Source: an uncultured Oligoflexia bacterium
GTDB lineage: Bacteria > Bdellovibrionota > UBA1018 > CAZJVD01
Length of the DNA stretch: 64,000 nt
Direction: 5' to 3'
NCBI GenBank assembly: GCA_964549505.1
Contig: CAZJVD010000006.1
Location: 94,183 to 158,182, forward strand
The translations under genes and the position numbers were made by a program. How positions within the stretch are numbered: the stretch's first letter is position 1; each line of letters begins with the position of its first letter. Of the stretch, positions 1 to 10,819 are shown in pieces. A model generated the notes under the pieces. That model worked only from the letters and a program-made list of their open reading frames with translations. It had not been told where the DNA came from and did no database searches.

Positions 1-567
1 TACACCGCCCGGACTTCCACGATCGATGATGAAAGCAGAAAACGACTTTGGGCCCGTTCGCGCCATCAGCAAAATGATCTCGGCAACGTCGGCTTGTGTG
101 ATCCAAAACTTTGTACCGTTGGCAACGTACGTATCGCCGTCGCGTGTCGCCGTCGTGCGCATGCTGGAAGGGTCCGATCCAGCGGACGGCTCCGACAGGC
201 CGAACGCACCGATACTCTGACCCGATGCTAATCGTGGGAGAAACTTCTTTTTCTGTTCTTCAGATCCGAACCGCGTCAAGACAAGCTGAACAAGGCCGGT
301 CACCGCGACGCTGATGGCGTAACTGGCGCTGGCTTTGGCGATTTCTTCGATAACGCCGATGTATTCGCGGTATCCGAGACCCGCGCCACCGTAGGTATCG
401 GGTACGGGGACCCCGCAAAGGCCCAGTGCGCCGAACTTTGCGATGATTTCGGTGCGGAATCGTTCCGCCTTCTCGTCGGCAGCGACGATGGGCTGCAACT
501 CGTCCGTGACGAACTTGCGCGCAAGAAGGCGTGTTTGGGTTGCCATTTCAGTCGGTGCGAAGTCCAC
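1..567 (-). CDS. acyl-CoA dehydrogenase, N-terminal ~189 codons (3' end lies beyond the window start)
   Basis: Absent from the ORF track because there is no stop inside the window. My reverse translation starts at GTG 567 (GAGG sits 4 nt upstream; alternative ATG at 546). It reads VDFAPTEMATQTRLLARKFVTDELQPIVAADEKAERFRTEII..YGGAGLGYREY..GAFGLSEPSAGSDPSSMRTTATRDGDTYVANGTKFWIT, the classic ACAD N-terminal and middle-domain pattern. The frame stays open to nt 1. Confidence 0.85.
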   Translation of the reverse strand, partial: MDFAPTEMATQTRLLARKFVTDELQPIVAADEKAERFRTEIIAKFGALGLCGVPVPDTYGGAGLGYREYIGVIEEIAKASASYAISVAVTGLVQLVLTRFGSEEQKKKFLPRLASGQSIGAFGLSEPSAGSDPSSMRTTATRDGDTYVANGTKFWITQADVAEIILLMARTGPKSFSAFIIDRGSPGGV

Positions 568-680
568 AGAACCTCTATGCCATATCCCCGTGTCACAAGC
601 AGACTGAAAAATTCACGACACTTAGCATTATCACCGTGACTCTTGTCCAAGGATATGAAAATATTTTGTTATTGGGGGCT

Positions 681-2621
681 ATGAGGGCGCTTCAAGTTTT
701 CTTCAACTATTGGGAAGTAAATCCGTCGGCGATAGGGAACGCGCTCGAGCAGATTTACGAAGCGGGCTGTCGAGACCTGGTCGCTTTCGTTCCCTGGCAC
801 GCGTTTGAGACGGATCTGCAACATCGTCTGGCGCGTTTTCTTGATGCAGCACTTGAAAAAGGTTTTTCGGTCAGCCTGTCACCTGTGCCTGAACCAGGGA
901 TTAATTTTCCAAATGCGGGTTTGCCAGCCGATGTGATCGGCCAGACTCGCAATCTTGCTCAAGATCGGCACGGCGCAAACTTTGTCGTAGCGATGCCACC
1001 GCGAATCTTCCCGTTACCAAGTCTTGCATCGGCTGAGGTCGGCAAGCGGCTTGATGGTTTTCTTTCGCGGTTGCATGTTTTTCTGGCTGACTACGAACAC
1101 GCGCATCCGAAAGAGTTTCGTCGTGTTTCGCTGACGCTGACCGGAAGTTTTTGGAAGTACTATCGTGGCAGTGTCCAGCAAGGGGGCGATATCGGTTGCG
1201 ACACGTTTCGCGGCGAGACCGGCGACTGCACGCAAGCTTTTTCGCAAGAGCTGCGGACGGCAACCGAGCAGTTTTTTTCGTTTGAGGAGTTTATCGAGCC
1301 GGATCCCGTGACTTCCGAACGTTGGCGATCGCGCACGATGGAACCCGTCAATCGGCGGTGGACCCGGCACTTTCTCGAAGAAGCGTTTCGCCTGCGTTGC
1401 CAGCAACATCTTTGTAAGCAGGGGCTCGCGATTGACATCGACTGGGTCGAACTGTTCTGTCCTGAAGCGGACCCCAATGTTCTCGAATCGCAGCTGCTTG
1501 CACACATTGTTTCTGGTGCACCAGATTTTGAGCGCCTTGGCCGGGTGCTCACGTCGGCGATGGCGCGCGTGGGTTCGGCAGGCGAATACAAATGTCGTGG
1601 CGCGATTGTGTGGAGTTCACAGGGCGCTTGGTTTCGTTTGCGCGAATCCGAACGGCAGTTTCTTTTACTCAAGTCTTTGTTGATCGCCGGTTCGAGTGGT
1701 GGAAGCGTTTGGCTGGAGTCGACCGACTGGTTAGCGCTGGGAAGAGGGTTCCGCAGTCGCGTGGAGAATCTGGCGGATCGACTGGAACGTGGTGAGTGGT
1801 CGACGCCTGCGCGTGTTGTCTACTTGAGTCCGGAGCTCTGGGGCGGAGCGTGCGATCTTCAAGTAGAACTTGAACGTCGTGGACGCGGCCGGGTTGTGAC
1901 GACGGCGTCGTTCGAGATGCTGGCGCATCTTCCTGACACACGCGTTGCGGTTGTGGATGAGCAGATGATCTTAACGTCCGATCGCCTAAAAAAACTCTTG
2001 AAGTGGTCCGAGCAGGGCCGTGTGTTGGCGCTGCCGCTGCGAGGGCTGCGTACTGAGGCCTGCAACCGTCTTGTTTCAGATTTTCGGCGTCAACATAAGA
2101 AGGACCTCGAGATGGAACTCGGCGTTCGCTACGACTTGATCCGCAACGGCAAAGGTAAGGTGTTGTTTTTCCAAGCACCCGATTTTCTCGAAGAAGCTGA
2201 CGGTTCGCGGAGAGCATGGAAACTATTCAGTGACGGGCTCTGTGGGTTGGCCGATCTCGAGGACGAAGGCCATGTTTCCGATGAGCGACTCGAAGTGATT
2301 TGGCTTGCCGGAGACAAGGCCGATGAAAAGGAGAGTTCACAGTCCTCAGCCTTTGTCTTCAACCCCGGTCGGCGCATGATACAGGCCGAACTCGTTCTCA
2401 AAGAAGAACGACAGGTGTCGGACCTTGGCCGCGAACTCGCGAGTGCGCGCACCGATCCAAACAAACCTAATGGCGGTCCAGGTGTGGTTACGGAGCGGGT
2501 CACACTCGATGTTCCACCTCTGGGCGTAGTTCCACTTCGTTTTACGAAACAGGAACGCAAGACCGTGAAACCAGAACGTCGTCCGCGCGCGCACCAAGAC
2601 GAGGCGTCCACATGGATCTGA
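681..2621 (+). CDS. hypothetical protein (647 aa), possibly with a glycoside-hydrolase GH42-like layout
   Basis: ORF 531..2621 trimmed to ATG 681; codons 531-567 would overlap the divergent ACAD start. I cannot name a motif with certainty. The N-terminal VPWHAFETD segment and a middle block (ARVVYLSPELWGG..VAVVDEQMILTSDRLKKLLKWSEQGRVLALP) resemble the GH42 TIM barrel plus its amidotransferase-like middle domain. Confidence 0.5.
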   Translation: MRALQVFFNYWEVNPSAIGNALEQIYEAGCRDLVAFVPWHAFETDLQHRLARFLDAALEKGFSVSLSPVPEPGINFPNAGLPADVIGQTRNLAQDRHGANFVVAMPPRIFPLPSLASAEVGKRLDGFLSRLHVFLADYEHAHPKEFRRVSLTLTGSFWKYYRGSVQQGGDIGCDTFRGETGDCTQAFSQELRTATEQFFSFEEFIEPDPVTSERWRSRTMEPVNRRWTRHFLEEAFRLRCQQHLCKQGLAIDIDWVELFCPEADPNVLESQLLAHIVSGAPDFERLGRVLTSAMARVGSAGEYKCRGAIVWSSQGAWFRLRESERQFLLLKSLLIAGSSGGSVWLESTDWLALGRGFRSRVENLADRLERGEWSTPARVVYLSPELWGGACDLQVELERRGRGRVVTTASFEMLAHLPDTRVAVVDEQMILTSDRLKKLLKWSEQGRVLALPLRGLRTEACNRLVSDFRRQHKKDLEMELGVRYDLIRNGKGKVLFFQAPDFLEEADGSRRAWKLFSDGLCGLADLEDEGHVSDERLEVIWLAGDKADEKESSQSSAFVFNPGRRMIQAELVLKEERQVSDLGRELASARTDPNKPNGGPGVVTERVTLDVPPLGVVPLRFTKQERKTVKPERRPRAHQDEASTWI

Positions 2622-3358
2622 CTCTGTGCTGGCGGTCGCTGGTCGAATGGTTTGATCCCCCCAAGCGGGCGCTCTCTCAGACCTCAGAGAGTTCGTCGGC
2701 TCCTGTACTCATCTTGTCGGAGGCGGGACGCTCGAGTGTCGTCTACTCGGATGGTGAAACCGTGACCGAGACGATCGGTGAAACGGTCGAGCAGTCACGC
2801 GCTCGTTTCGCCGGACGCAACATGGTGGTTGTATCAAGGGCGTCGTTCGCGTCAGCGGTGACGCGGTCGTTGTCCGAACGTGATTTTCTCGCGCAGGTTC
2901 AAGTTCTCCAAAGTGCGGTCGCACGCGAGCTTCCAAAGAACGCTTCCGAACTGAAGCTCACGCGACTGTTAAAACCACTGACGGGTTGGTGGGCGCGTTT
3001 TCTGCCGAACCATCACGGAGTGTTGATTCGCCTGAAGCGCTCCGACACCGAAGCCCCATCACATTTTTTAGTCGTTATCGAGGGTGCGCGGATCGCACAG
3101 TACTATGAACCGGACTTTTCGACCGGTCGCTCGGCAGAAGCGACATCGTTCGAAGATCTCGTACGTACAACAAGCGAGCGCTTGATGCTGCCTATTCAAG
3201 GTGTCGAAGTCGATGCGGCTCTGTGGTCCGACTGGATGGATACCGATAATCCTTGGACCCAGATGCCTGCTGCGTTTCGCAGTCGTTCGGCTCGTCTCGT
3301 GCCGTTTCGCGTGGGGCCCGCGCTTTTGATTCTCACCCGGTCGTTTACCGGGCTTTAG
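2612..3358 (+). CDS. hypothetical protein (248 aa), translationally coupled to the upstream gene
   Basis: ORF track. ATG 2612 overlaps the upstream stop by 10 nt (ATGGATCTGA). No recognisable domain. Confidence 0.5.
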   Translation: MDLTLCWRSLVEWFDPPKRALSQTSESSSAPVLILSEAGRSSVVYSDGETVTETIGETVEQSRARFAGRNMVVVSRASFASAVTRSLSERDFLAQVQVLQSAVARELPKNASELKLTRLLKPLTGWWARFLPNHHGVLIRLKRSDTEAPSHFLVVIEGARIAQYYEPDFSTGRSAEATSFEDLVRTTSERLMLPIQGVEVDAALWSDWMDTDNPWTQMPAAFRSRSARLVPFRVGPALLILTRSFTGL

Positions 3359-3386
3359 GGCGTGTCCTCTGAGGGCACTCCCTAGT

Positions 3387-3695
3387 CTACTGAACAGCGC
3401 ATCCCGTCTCTGCCGTTCGAAAAAAAGCACGGCGGCGGAACCCTAAGACACGAGCTTCCACGCCCGGACTGGGTCCATCCGTCAGAATGCGCGCCCGACC
3501 GAGTGGAAGCCACACGGCCGTTTCGGTTTTGCATTCTTCGAGCGTCTGTCCCACGACAAAATGGCAAGAACAGAGTTCCTTTGCGTAGTATCCCGATGCG
3601 CGATGGCGGATCCGATGAACCGCTGCGAGTATGATCGCAAACCCAACTCCCGCGAGCGTGAGCCACAATTTTAGATTTGATTTTCTCTTAGCCAA
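3387..3695 (-). CDS. small membrane-anchored hypothetical protein (102 aa), possibly a gene remnant
   Basis: ORF track. It has an N-terminal TM segment (LWLTLAGVGFAIILAAV). The segment YYAKELCSCHFVVGQT..AFFRTAETGC reminds me of the N-terminal leader region of some larger serine hydrolases (from memory only). It overlaps the stop of the upstream hydrolase gene by 25 nt. Confidence 0.3.
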   Translation of the reverse strand: MAKRKSNLKLWLTLAGVGFAIILAAVHRIRHRASGYYAKELCSCHFVVGQTLEECKTETAVWLPLGRARILTDGPSPGVEARVLGFRRRAFFRTAETGCAVQ

Positions 3696-4759
3696 GCAAG
3701 AATCGTCCTTAAAAAACGGTTACGGTCGATGCGCCCTTTACGGTCTTGGGCCACGCGCGCGACCACAAGATCTTTTGAAGGGATAATCCAAAGCGATTGT
3801 CCCCAATGTCCAAGTGCCGCAAATGCGTCTCGAGGGACATCGGGTAAGGGGCGTCCGTCGCCTTCCGGGTCTGGAACATTGAGCCACCAATGAGCTCCTG
3901 GAAACGGTTCACCCTCCGATCGGGATGGAGGACGCTCGCGTACGGCGCTCGGCAGAGTGAGAGAAAAGTCCCACCAGTCGTCAGGGAGTCCGTTCGGCGC
4001 GTGTCCAGTTTTCTGAGATTCCAGTATCCACTGGCCCGCACGGGCGAGATCCCGAGGGGACATGAAGAGGTACGATGATCCTACGGGGTAGCCTTTGAGA
4101 TCGGTTTCCCATGTGAAGTCGCTGATACCCGCTCGTTTCAGAATCTCGTTTTTGAAAAACGTGTGAAAGTCCTCGTGGGCTTCTTTCTGAATGGTAATGG
4201 CGAGCGCGGTCGCAAGAATATTAGTCGTCCCGCTTGAGTACTCCCAGTTTTCGCCGGGAGGTCTGCGGCGACGGAAGGATGCCGCAAAAAATCCCATACC
4301 TTCTTTTCGCCCACCGTAGAGCATCGAAAGCGCATCGGAAAAAACGGGGTTCGTTTCGTAGACCTCGCGCATACGAAGTCCAGTCGTCATCTGTAACAGG
4401 TGCTGAAACTTTACGTCATGCATCGCTTTCGTACAGAGTTCAGGTGTACGCAAACAGACAAACTCGTTTCGCTTAATAAACCCTTTTCGTTCGGCCGCGC
4501 CGAAGACCAAACTGATGAAACTCTTCGATATGCTCCAAAGCGGGTGCTTTTGATTGAGATAGAGCGTGCCAGGATTTTTTGACCACTCAAAAACGGTCTT
4601 GCCGTGGTGGAGGATCACGACCGCATCCGTGGGCGCCTCGCTATCGCGCCAATCCCACTTCGGCGGAGACCCCGCAAGGGAATGCCCAGCGAACCCGGTG
4701 TACAGGAGGAGCGGCGTGGCCACCAGATACCAGACAAGAAACCCGCGGGCTTTTCTCAT
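3671..4759 (-). CDS. secreted serine hydrolase, beta-lactamase/PBP4*-like family
   Basis: Signal peptide MRKARGFLVWYLVATPLLLYTGFAGHS. SxxK nucleophile motif (LWSISKSF) and a downstream YSSGTTNIL motif. Length of 362 aa is typical. Confidence 0.8.
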   Translation of the reverse strand: MRKARGFLVWYLVATPLLLYTGFAGHSLAGSPPKWDWRDSEAPTDAVVILHHGKTVFEWSKNPGTLYLNQKHPLWSISKSFISLVFGAAERKGFIKRNEFVCLRTPELCTKAMHDVKFQHLLQMTTGLRMREVYETNPVFSDALSMLYGGRKEGMGFFAASFRRRRPPGENWEYSSGTTNILATALAITIQKEAHEDFHTFFKNEILKRAGISDFTWETDLKGYPVGSSYLFMSPRDLARAGQWILESQKTGHAPNGLPDDWWDFSLTLPSAVRERPPSRSEGEPFPGAHWWLNVPDPEGDGRPLPDVPRDAFAALGHWGQSLWIIPSKDLVVARVAQDRKGRIDRNRFLRTILAWLRENQI

Positions 4760-4854
4760 AGGGAAGTCCCGTCAGGCTAGCTGGAAACTCAAACAAAAAC
4801 AATAGATTGTAGATCATTCTTGAACGAACCCACAAAGCGCGTTACGAACGGTAG

Positions 4855-5973
4855 GTGATTCCGTCCAATACGCATAAAATCAGCGTCTTCAGTCTCACGC
4901 TCACGGCTCTTGAAGAGCTCTTGAGTTCGAGCGGCTTGGTGAAGCCCAAACAGACGAAAATGCGTTCGTTCCAGATTTACCGTTGGCTGTACCAAGAGTG
5001 GGCCGATAGCTGGTCGACGATGACCGATCTTCCTCAGAATCTTCGTGAGTGGCTGGAAGAGCGCGTGACGATGGGGCAGTTGGCGCTCCACCACCGTGGC
5101 CTGGCGGAAGACGGTACGACGAAGTTCCTGTGGCGCTTGCCGGATGGCAAGACCATTGAGAGCGTTCTGATCCCTCGTACTGAAGAGACCGAAGAAGGCA
5201 CAAGGATCAAGCGCTTGACCCTCTGTATTTCAAGCCAGGTGGGTTGCGCGATGGCGTGTAAGTTTTGTCTGACGGGTATTCAGGGACTGGATCGTCATCT
5301 GGGAGCGGGAGAGATCGTTGAGCAAGTATGGCGTGTCCGAAAAGAGTTTTCTGTCACGAACATCGTCTTCATGGGCATGGGCGAGCCGCTTCACAACCTC
5401 GAAAATGTCCTCGATGCCTGCACGATCTTGCTTGAACAGCGCGGACTGAACTTTTCAAAACGTCGGGTAACGGTGAGTACGAGCGGGCTGGTTCCGGCCA
5501 TCAAGACACTAGGCGAGCGGGTCGGTGTAAACCTGGCGGTTTCCCTGAACGCCACCACCGATGCGATCCGTGATGAGATCATGCCGGTGAACAAACGCTA
5601 TCCCATCGGCGATCTTGTGCGTGCTGCGGCCGCGTATCCGGGTGGAAAATTTCGGCGGATGATGTTCGAGTATGTTCTGCTCCGGGGCGTGAACGACACC
5701 GAGGCTGATGCTGAACGCCTCGTGACTCTGTCTCGACGCGCCAATGCGAAGATCAATCTCATTCCGTTCAACGAGCATCCGGGCGCTTCGTGGAAACGTC
5801 CGACGGATGCGGAAGTGTTAGCGTTTCAAAAGTTTCTCTTGAGCCGTAAAGTCACGGCCACAATTCGTCATTCGCGCGGCCGCGATATTTTGGCTGCGTG
5901 TGGACAGCTTCGCAGTATGTTTGGAACAGCTCGCGGTACGGATCGCCACAAAGACGCGCCTCGCGCGGGTTGA
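4855..5973 (+). CDS. rlmN: 23S rRNA/tRNA (adenine-C2)-methyltransferase RlmN (radical SAM)
   Basis: Radical-SAM cluster motif GCAMACKFCLTG, N-terminal FQIYRWLY helix and C-terminal AACGQL. Length 372 aa. Confidence 0.9.
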   Translation: MIPSNTHKISVFSLTLTALEELLSSSGLVKPKQTKMRSFQIYRWLYQEWADSWSTMTDLPQNLREWLEERVTMGQLALHHRGLAEDGTTKFLWRLPDGKTIESVLIPRTEETEEGTRIKRLTLCISSQVGCAMACKFCLTGIQGLDRHLGAGEIVEQVWRVRKEFSVTNIVFMGMGEPLHNLENVLDACTILLEQRGLNFSKRRVTVSTSGLVPAIKTLGERVGVNLAVSLNATTDAIRDEIMPVNKRYPIGDLVRAAAAYPGGKFRRMMFEYVLLRGVNDTEADAERLVTLSRRANAKINLIPFNEHPGASWKRPTDAEVLAFQKFLLSRKVTATIRHSRGRDILAACGQLRSMFGTARGTDRHKDAPRAG

Positions 5974-5974
5974 T

Positions 5975-7000
5975 TTACCTTTTAGCTCCTGATTTTATGG
6001 GAACAAAGAGATCGCGAAACGTCGCCAGTAGTTTCATGTCGAACTTGCCACGTTCTTCGTTCATCAAGGAAAGTGCTTCGATCGGACTGCACGGGTTCTC
6101 TCGAAACGGCCGTTTGCTCGTGAGGGCGGAAAAACTGTCCGCAATGGAAACGAGTTTTGAGAGAAGAAAAATCTCCTTGTCATGAAGACCCGACGGATAA
6201 CCCGAACCGTTGGGTTGCTCGTGATGTTCTAGAACCATCATGCGAACTTCTTGCGGCACAGCTTTCACGCCTTCGAGTAAGCGCTTTCCAATTTGAGGGT
6301 GCTCCTTGATCATGCGCCACTCTTCGGGGGTGAGATCGGTTTTCTCTTCTGCATTAAACGGCAGTCGGCTCATACCAATGTCGTGTAAGAACGCGCCCAA
6401 TCCGACGATCGTGAGCGACTTATCGCTCGTGAGTTCTAGTTTTCGCGCAAGTAAAAGAGCAAACAGACTGGTCGTGATCGAATGGCGCACGACATAGGGA
6501 TGATGCGACAAGTGTTTGAAAAGGGTCGCAAAACTTTTTGGATCTTTAGCGAGTAAACCGATGCAAGCCCGAATGGCCTGTGACGCATGTTCCACGGACG
6601 CCGCATCGACCTGATACTGAACTACGAGCTCAAAAACACTGAGTCCCACAAGTTCGTTCACCAGATGCAGCCGTTGTTCGAGCGTGATGTGGTCAGGATT
6701 TGAAAGCCAGTCCTTAGCGACGCGATCCACGAAGATCAGGTATTGCTGGTAATCCTCTTTGCGAACGAACAGATCCGAAATGCCTTTTTGGACTTGGTAG
6801 TTCGTGAACCGTTCGGTTTCGATCGTGTCGTTCTTTGCAAAAAGGCGCGTGTACGTGCCCTCGGCTCGTCGGATGTACACATCAAATGGCAGCCCGCCTT
6901 CGATGGTCTTGAGAATAGCGATGCTGATTTCGTGAAATGTCTGATCCTTTACAGACTTTTCACTTGATCCTTTTTCAGGCGGTTTTTCTGAGTTTTTCAT
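5975..7000 (-). CDS. HD-GYP domain c-di-GMP phosphodiesterase-type protein
   Basis: FLHDIGM .. EHHEQPNGSGYPSGL (HD and GYP signatures) in the C-terminal half. I prefer the start at ATG 7000 (MKNSEKPPEK); the ORF-track start at 7072 remains possible. Confidence 0.85.
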   Translation of the reverse strand: MKNSEKPPEKGSSEKSVKDQTFHEISIAILKTIEGGLPFDVYIRRAEGTYTRLFAKNDTIETERFTNYQVQKGISDLFVRKEDYQQYLIFVDRVAKDWLSNPDHITLEQRLHLVNELVGLSVFELVVQYQVDAASVEHASQAIRACIGLLAKDPKSFATLFKHLSHHPYVVRHSITTSLFALLLARKLELTSDKSLTIVGLGAFLHDIGMSRLPFNAEEKTDLTPEEWRMIKEHPQIGKRLLEGVKAVPQEVRMMVLEHHEQPNGSGYPSGLHDKEIFLLSKLVSIADSFSALTSKRPFRENPCSPIEALSLMNEERGKFDMKLLATFRDLFVPIKSGAKR

Positions 7001-7116
7001 CGCGATATTGGGGCATGTCCTCAGGAGGACTTGCCCTATGAAATTAAAGCACGAAACGCCGAATGGCGACAAAGGTTTGTGACGACCTTAATGACATTGG
7101 GGGTCACGCGCCTCTT

Positions 7117-8277
7117 TTAGAACATGAACTTCTTGTTGGCGATGTTCGACAAAATCGCAATCGCGATCATGCTCGTGATCAGCGAACTCCCGCCATAACT
7201 GAACAGAGGCAAGGGCACTCCGACGATTGGCAGAATACCCATCACCATTCCCATGTTGATAAAGAACTGCCAGAAAAAGAGCGACAATATTCCGACTGAG
7301 AGTATGGCCGCGAACTTATCGTTGGACTGGTAGGCGACGGATAACCCCTGAAACAGAAAGATGAGATACAGGGACATGAGCAAGACACAGCCCACAAAGC
7401 CGTGTTCTTCGCTGAAGACGGAGAAGGCGAAATCAGTATGATGTTCGGGTAGGAAGTTGAGCTTGCTCTGCGTGCCCTGCTTGTATCCGCGGCCGAGCAG
7501 TTTGCCACTGCCCACGGCGATCATGGACTGGAGAGAGTTGTAGCCCGCGCCTCGTGGGTCACTTGTTGGATCCAAAAACGTGATGATCCGTAAGCGTTGG
7601 TAAGGTTTAAGACCGTAGCGATAGACGAGCGGTGCGGAAAACAAGACCGCAGCGACCACAATCAGCATGGTCTTCCGTCGGAGTCCCACAAAAAGAGCCA
7701 TACTGCCGAACGCCAACAAGAGAATGAGAGCGGTTCCCAAGTCCGGCTGTAACATGATGAGCGCCATCGGTATCACGACGAGAAAAAACGGTATGAGCAG
7801 CTCTTTGAATCCGTAACCCGTCACCGATCGATCGTTTTCAAAGAATTTTGCGAGGGCAATCACGGCTCCAATCTTCATGAACTCGGACGGCTGGAGGCTG
7901 AACCCACCGAGTGTGAGCCAGCGCTTGGCTCCGAGGCTCGAACGTCCCACAAAGAGGACGGCAACCAGCATGAGAAGATTGATGAAGTACAGCGCATACG
8001 CGAACCGTGAAAAAACCGAGTAGTGCACCAGGAGGATCAGTGTCGTGGCGACGAGGCCGATCCCAAACCAAACGAGCTGAATCTTATGGAGATTCTTGAT
8101 CGTGGGATCGAGCGCAGTCGCACTGAACATATTCCAGATACCCACAGCAAAGATCAGGATTTCGAGAATGATGAGCGTCCAATTGAACCGCTTCAGTTCG
8201 TCGTCGTCATAGATGGCCGTACCCATTCGCCCAGTGTCGAGGTCGCTGCCGGACTCATAGACGGTGTACTTACTCAT
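7117..8277 (-). CDS. rodA: SEDS-family peptidoglycan polymerase RodA
   Basis: About 10-TM FtsW/RodA pattern ([32 protein letters not shown]). It lies immediately downstream of PBP2, and the two genes overlap by 8 nt. Confidence 0.9.
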   Translation of the reverse strand: MSKYTVYESGSDLDTGRMGTAIYDDDELKRFNWTLIILEILIFAVGIWNMFSATALDPTIKNLHKIQLVWFGIGLVATTLILLVHYSVFSRFAYALYFINLLMLVAVLFVGRSSLGAKRWLTLGGFSLQPSEFMKIGAVIALAKFFENDRSVTGYGFKELLIPFFLVVIPMALIMLQPDLGTALILLLAFGSMALFVGLRRKTMLIVVAAVLFSAPLVYRYGLKPYQRLRIITFLDPTSDPRGAGYNSLQSMIAVGSGKLLGRGYKQGTQSKLNFLPEHHTDFAFSVFSEEHGFVGCVLLMSLYLIFLFQGLSVAYQSNDKFAAILSVGILSLFFWQFFINMGMVMGILPIVGVPLPLFSYGGSSLITSMIAIAILSNIANKKFMF

Positions 8278-10237
8278 TGGCGATCACTCCCATGCGAACG
8301 CCGCCTGTCTCTGTATGAGCGGCATTGGCGACGGGGTTCTTGTCCTTCTTTAGAAGTTCTGGATGATACTTCTCGAAAAACGTCTTCACGACCGCGCGAC
8401 CGATCGGAGCAGCTCCGCGCGAACCCGAGCAAGCATGCTCGGCAACCACCGCGACGGCGATCAAAGGATTATCCGCGGGTGCAAATCCAGCAAACAACCC
8501 GTGGTGTCGAAACTCATATTTCATGTTCTGACACTTGTCATAAACACGTTCGGCGGCGATGCGAATCACTTGAACGGTTCCCGTTTTTCCGGCGAAATCG
8601 ATACCCTCGATTTTTTGAGAGTGTGCTGTTCCTTCCTCAGAGTTCACGACTCCGAGTAACCCTCTTTTGATAATCGAAAGGATGTCGGGCGTGAGCGACA
8701 CCTGATCCATCACGCGCGCTTGATACTCTTCGACGGACTTACCATCGTAGCTCTCCATGGCTTTCAAATAGTGCGGCTGAAAAAGTGTGCCACCGTTTGC
8801 GATGGCCGCGTACAAGTTGGCGAGCTGAATCGTGGTTGCGAGCACAAAACTCTGCCCGATCGCAACCGTCATACTTTCTCCAGCCGTCCACTCCTGTCCG
8901 TACTTTGCCATCTTCCATTCTTCGGTCGGTATCAGGCCAGGCACTTCGCGTGGCAGATCAATCCCGGTCATGCGTCCCAGACCGAGTTTGTACGCCCATT
9001 TTGAGATCAAGTTCACGCTCTTGAGTTTCTGGGCCACTCTGTAGAAGAACACGTCGCACGAACCCGTGAGGGCTTGCAAAACGTTCAGGTCGCCGTGCCC
9101 GCCTTTTCGCCAGCAGTGGTAGATCTTCTTTCCTAAGGTGATCGATCCCGTACAAGTAAATCGGGTGTTCAGCGTGATGGTTTCTTCTTTGAGCGCGGCG
9201 ATGGCAGTCACCACTTTGAAAACCGATCCGGGAGGGTAGTGGTCTTGGATGGTTTTATCACGCAGCGGCTTGAACTTGTTATTCGTGAGCGAAGACCAGA
9301 GCTCGGGGGCAATTCCTCGAGAAAACTCCGTGGGATCAAATCCGGGACGCGATATCATGGCGAGGATTTCGCCGTTCCGAGGGTCAATCGCAACCACACC
9401 GCCGACGTTGTCTCCGAAGGCTTTAACAGCTGCCATCTGAAGATCTTGGTCGATGGTCAAAATGAGATTTTTTCCAGGGCGTGCGGGAACGACGGGATTA
9501 GTCGTGCGTGTGAGGAAGTCCGCGCGTTGGGACGAACGGACGCGTCGGCCTAATGCATCGACTTCAACGATCTCATGACCGTCCACGCCGCGTAATACTT
9601 CTTCGAGTTGTTTTTCCGTGCCGCTCTTTCCGATTTTGTCTCCGAGAGCGTAGTTTCTGTTTTCTTTTTTGATTTGCGCGAGCTCGGTTTGATTGACCTT
9701 ACTCACGTAACCGAGCAAGTGACTTGCGACGTCGCCGTACAAGTTCGTACGTTTGATTTCCATGCGCACCGCAACTCCTGGCATCGAGATACGCCATGTT
9801 TCTAAGAGGGCAACCTCATCGCGTGTGAGTTCGGTTTTGATTTTGATGGGCAGGTAAGACGCTTGATCCGAAGCCTTGTTCAAGCGGTCTCTCAGTTCAG
9901 TGACGGGGATCTTGATGAGTTCGGCTAGTTTCTTGAGAACCTGCTCTTCTTTCTTTGATTCGCGTAAGTATTGAGGCGTGATCTCGAGATCGAAGCTCGG
10001 TTGGTTGTCGACGAGCAGCGTGCGACTTCGGTCGAAAATCATCCCGCGAGGTGCCTCGACGGTCACGCGTTTGATGCGGTTTTCCTCGGAGTACAGGCGC
10101 ATCTGTTCGCCTTTTAAGATTTGCAGAAAAACGAGACGGCTGACCAACACGGCAATGCTGATGACGACGACGGCCTGGAGGTAGCGAAACCTTTCTTGAA
10201 GTTCGCGTAGCTGCTCTTCTTGACCTAGAAATGCCAT
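8270..10237 (-). CDS. mrdA: penicillin-binding protein 2 (elongasome transpeptidase)
   Basis: N-terminal anchor followed by a PBP dimerisation domain and a transpeptidase domain (SVFK SxxK motif, KTGT). Sits between mreD and rodA. Confidence 0.9.
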   Translation of the reverse strand: MAFLGQEEQLRELQERFRYLQAVVVISIAVLVSRLVFLQILKGEQMRLYSEENRIKRVTVEAPRGMIFDRSRTLLVDNQPSFDLEITPQYLRESKKEEQVLKKLAELIKIPVTELRDRLNKASDQASYLPIKIKTELTRDEVALLETWRISMPGVAVRMEIKRTNLYGDVASHLLGYVSKVNQTELAQIKKENRNYALGDKIGKSGTEKQLEEVLRGVDGHEIVEVDALGRRVRSSQRADFLTRTTNPVVPARPGKNLILTIDQDLQMAAVKAFGDNVGGVVAIDPRNGEILAMISRPGFDPTEFSRGIAPELWSSLTNNKFKPLRDKTIQDHYPPGSVFKVVTAIAALKEETITLNTRFTCTGSITLGKKIYHCWRKGGHGDLNVLQALTGSCDVFFYRVAQKLKSVNLISKWAYKLGLGRMTGIDLPREVPGLIPTEEWKMAKYGQEWTAGESMTVAIGQSFVLATTIQLANLYAAIANGGTLFQPHYLKAMESYDGKSVEEYQARVMDQVSLTPDILSIIKRGLLGVVNSEEGTAHSQKIEGIDFAGKTGTVQVIRIAAERVYDKCQNMKYEFRHHGLFAGFAPADNPLIAVAVVAEHACSGSRGAAPIGRAVVKTFFEKYHPELLKKDKNPVANAAHTETGGVRMGVIANE

Positions 10238-10241
10238 GGTC

Positions 10242-10808
10242 TCAGAGCCCCTCTTCCCAGATGCCGAGGCGTTCTTCTTCGGCCAGTGCGCTGCGCGGGT
10301 CTTTGTAGGTCACGGCATCAAGCCGTTCGAGCCAGCGAAACACCACCCATCCGTAGATGGGGTTCACGAGTGCGGGCAATATAAACGAAAGAAGCCAAAA
10401 CCGAAGATCGTTTTGTTCGACGTTGAAGAGAGCTAGGGTTCCGGACTTCGCGGCCTCGACCCAGAGCGATGCCACAATGCAAACCGTCGTGAGTGATTCC
10501 TTTGGGCGTATCAAGAACACGCGGTTCGCGATTCGCAATGCCATGAAGAGCGACATGTAAGTGAGCAGAAACAATCCTTGCGGCGACGCGCTTTGGCCCT
10601 CGGCTAAGTGTGAAAGCACGAGCGTGAGCAAGCCACCTTCGATGAAGGTTCGGTGATGAGCGGCCCAGATCACGAGCAACGCGAGAAGATCGGGACGAAA
10701 CAGATCCAGCGGCGGATGCGAGAAAAGCGCTGTCTGCAGTCCAAATCCGACCGCAGCGACGAGTAGGACCACCGGGAAGTTGAGGAATCGCAACAGGATC
10801 GGCGTCAT
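10242..10808 (-). CDS. mreD: rod shape-determining protein MreD
   Basis: Polytopic membrane protein of 188 aa located between mreC and mrdA. The assignment rests mainly on position and topology. Confidence 0.7.
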   Translation of the reverse strand: MTPILLRFLNFPVVLLVAAVGFGLQTALFSHPPLDLFRPDLLALLVIWAAHHRTFIEGGLLTLVLSHLAEGQSASPQGLFLLTYMSLFMALRIANRVFLIRPKESLTTVCIVASLWVEAAKSGTLALFNVEQNDLRFWLLSFILPALVNPIYGWVVFRWLERLDAVTYKDPRSALAEEERLGIWEEGL

Positions 10809-10819
10809 GAGCGCATGCC

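Noticed and set aside
901-2611. Series of 65-182-aa minus-strand ORFs (for example 1014..1505, 1160..1672, 1669..2217, 2129..2611)
   Set aside because: They overlap each other and the long plus-strand gene 681..2621. Their composition is Arg/Ser/Pro-rich and low-complexity, so they are shadow ORFs.
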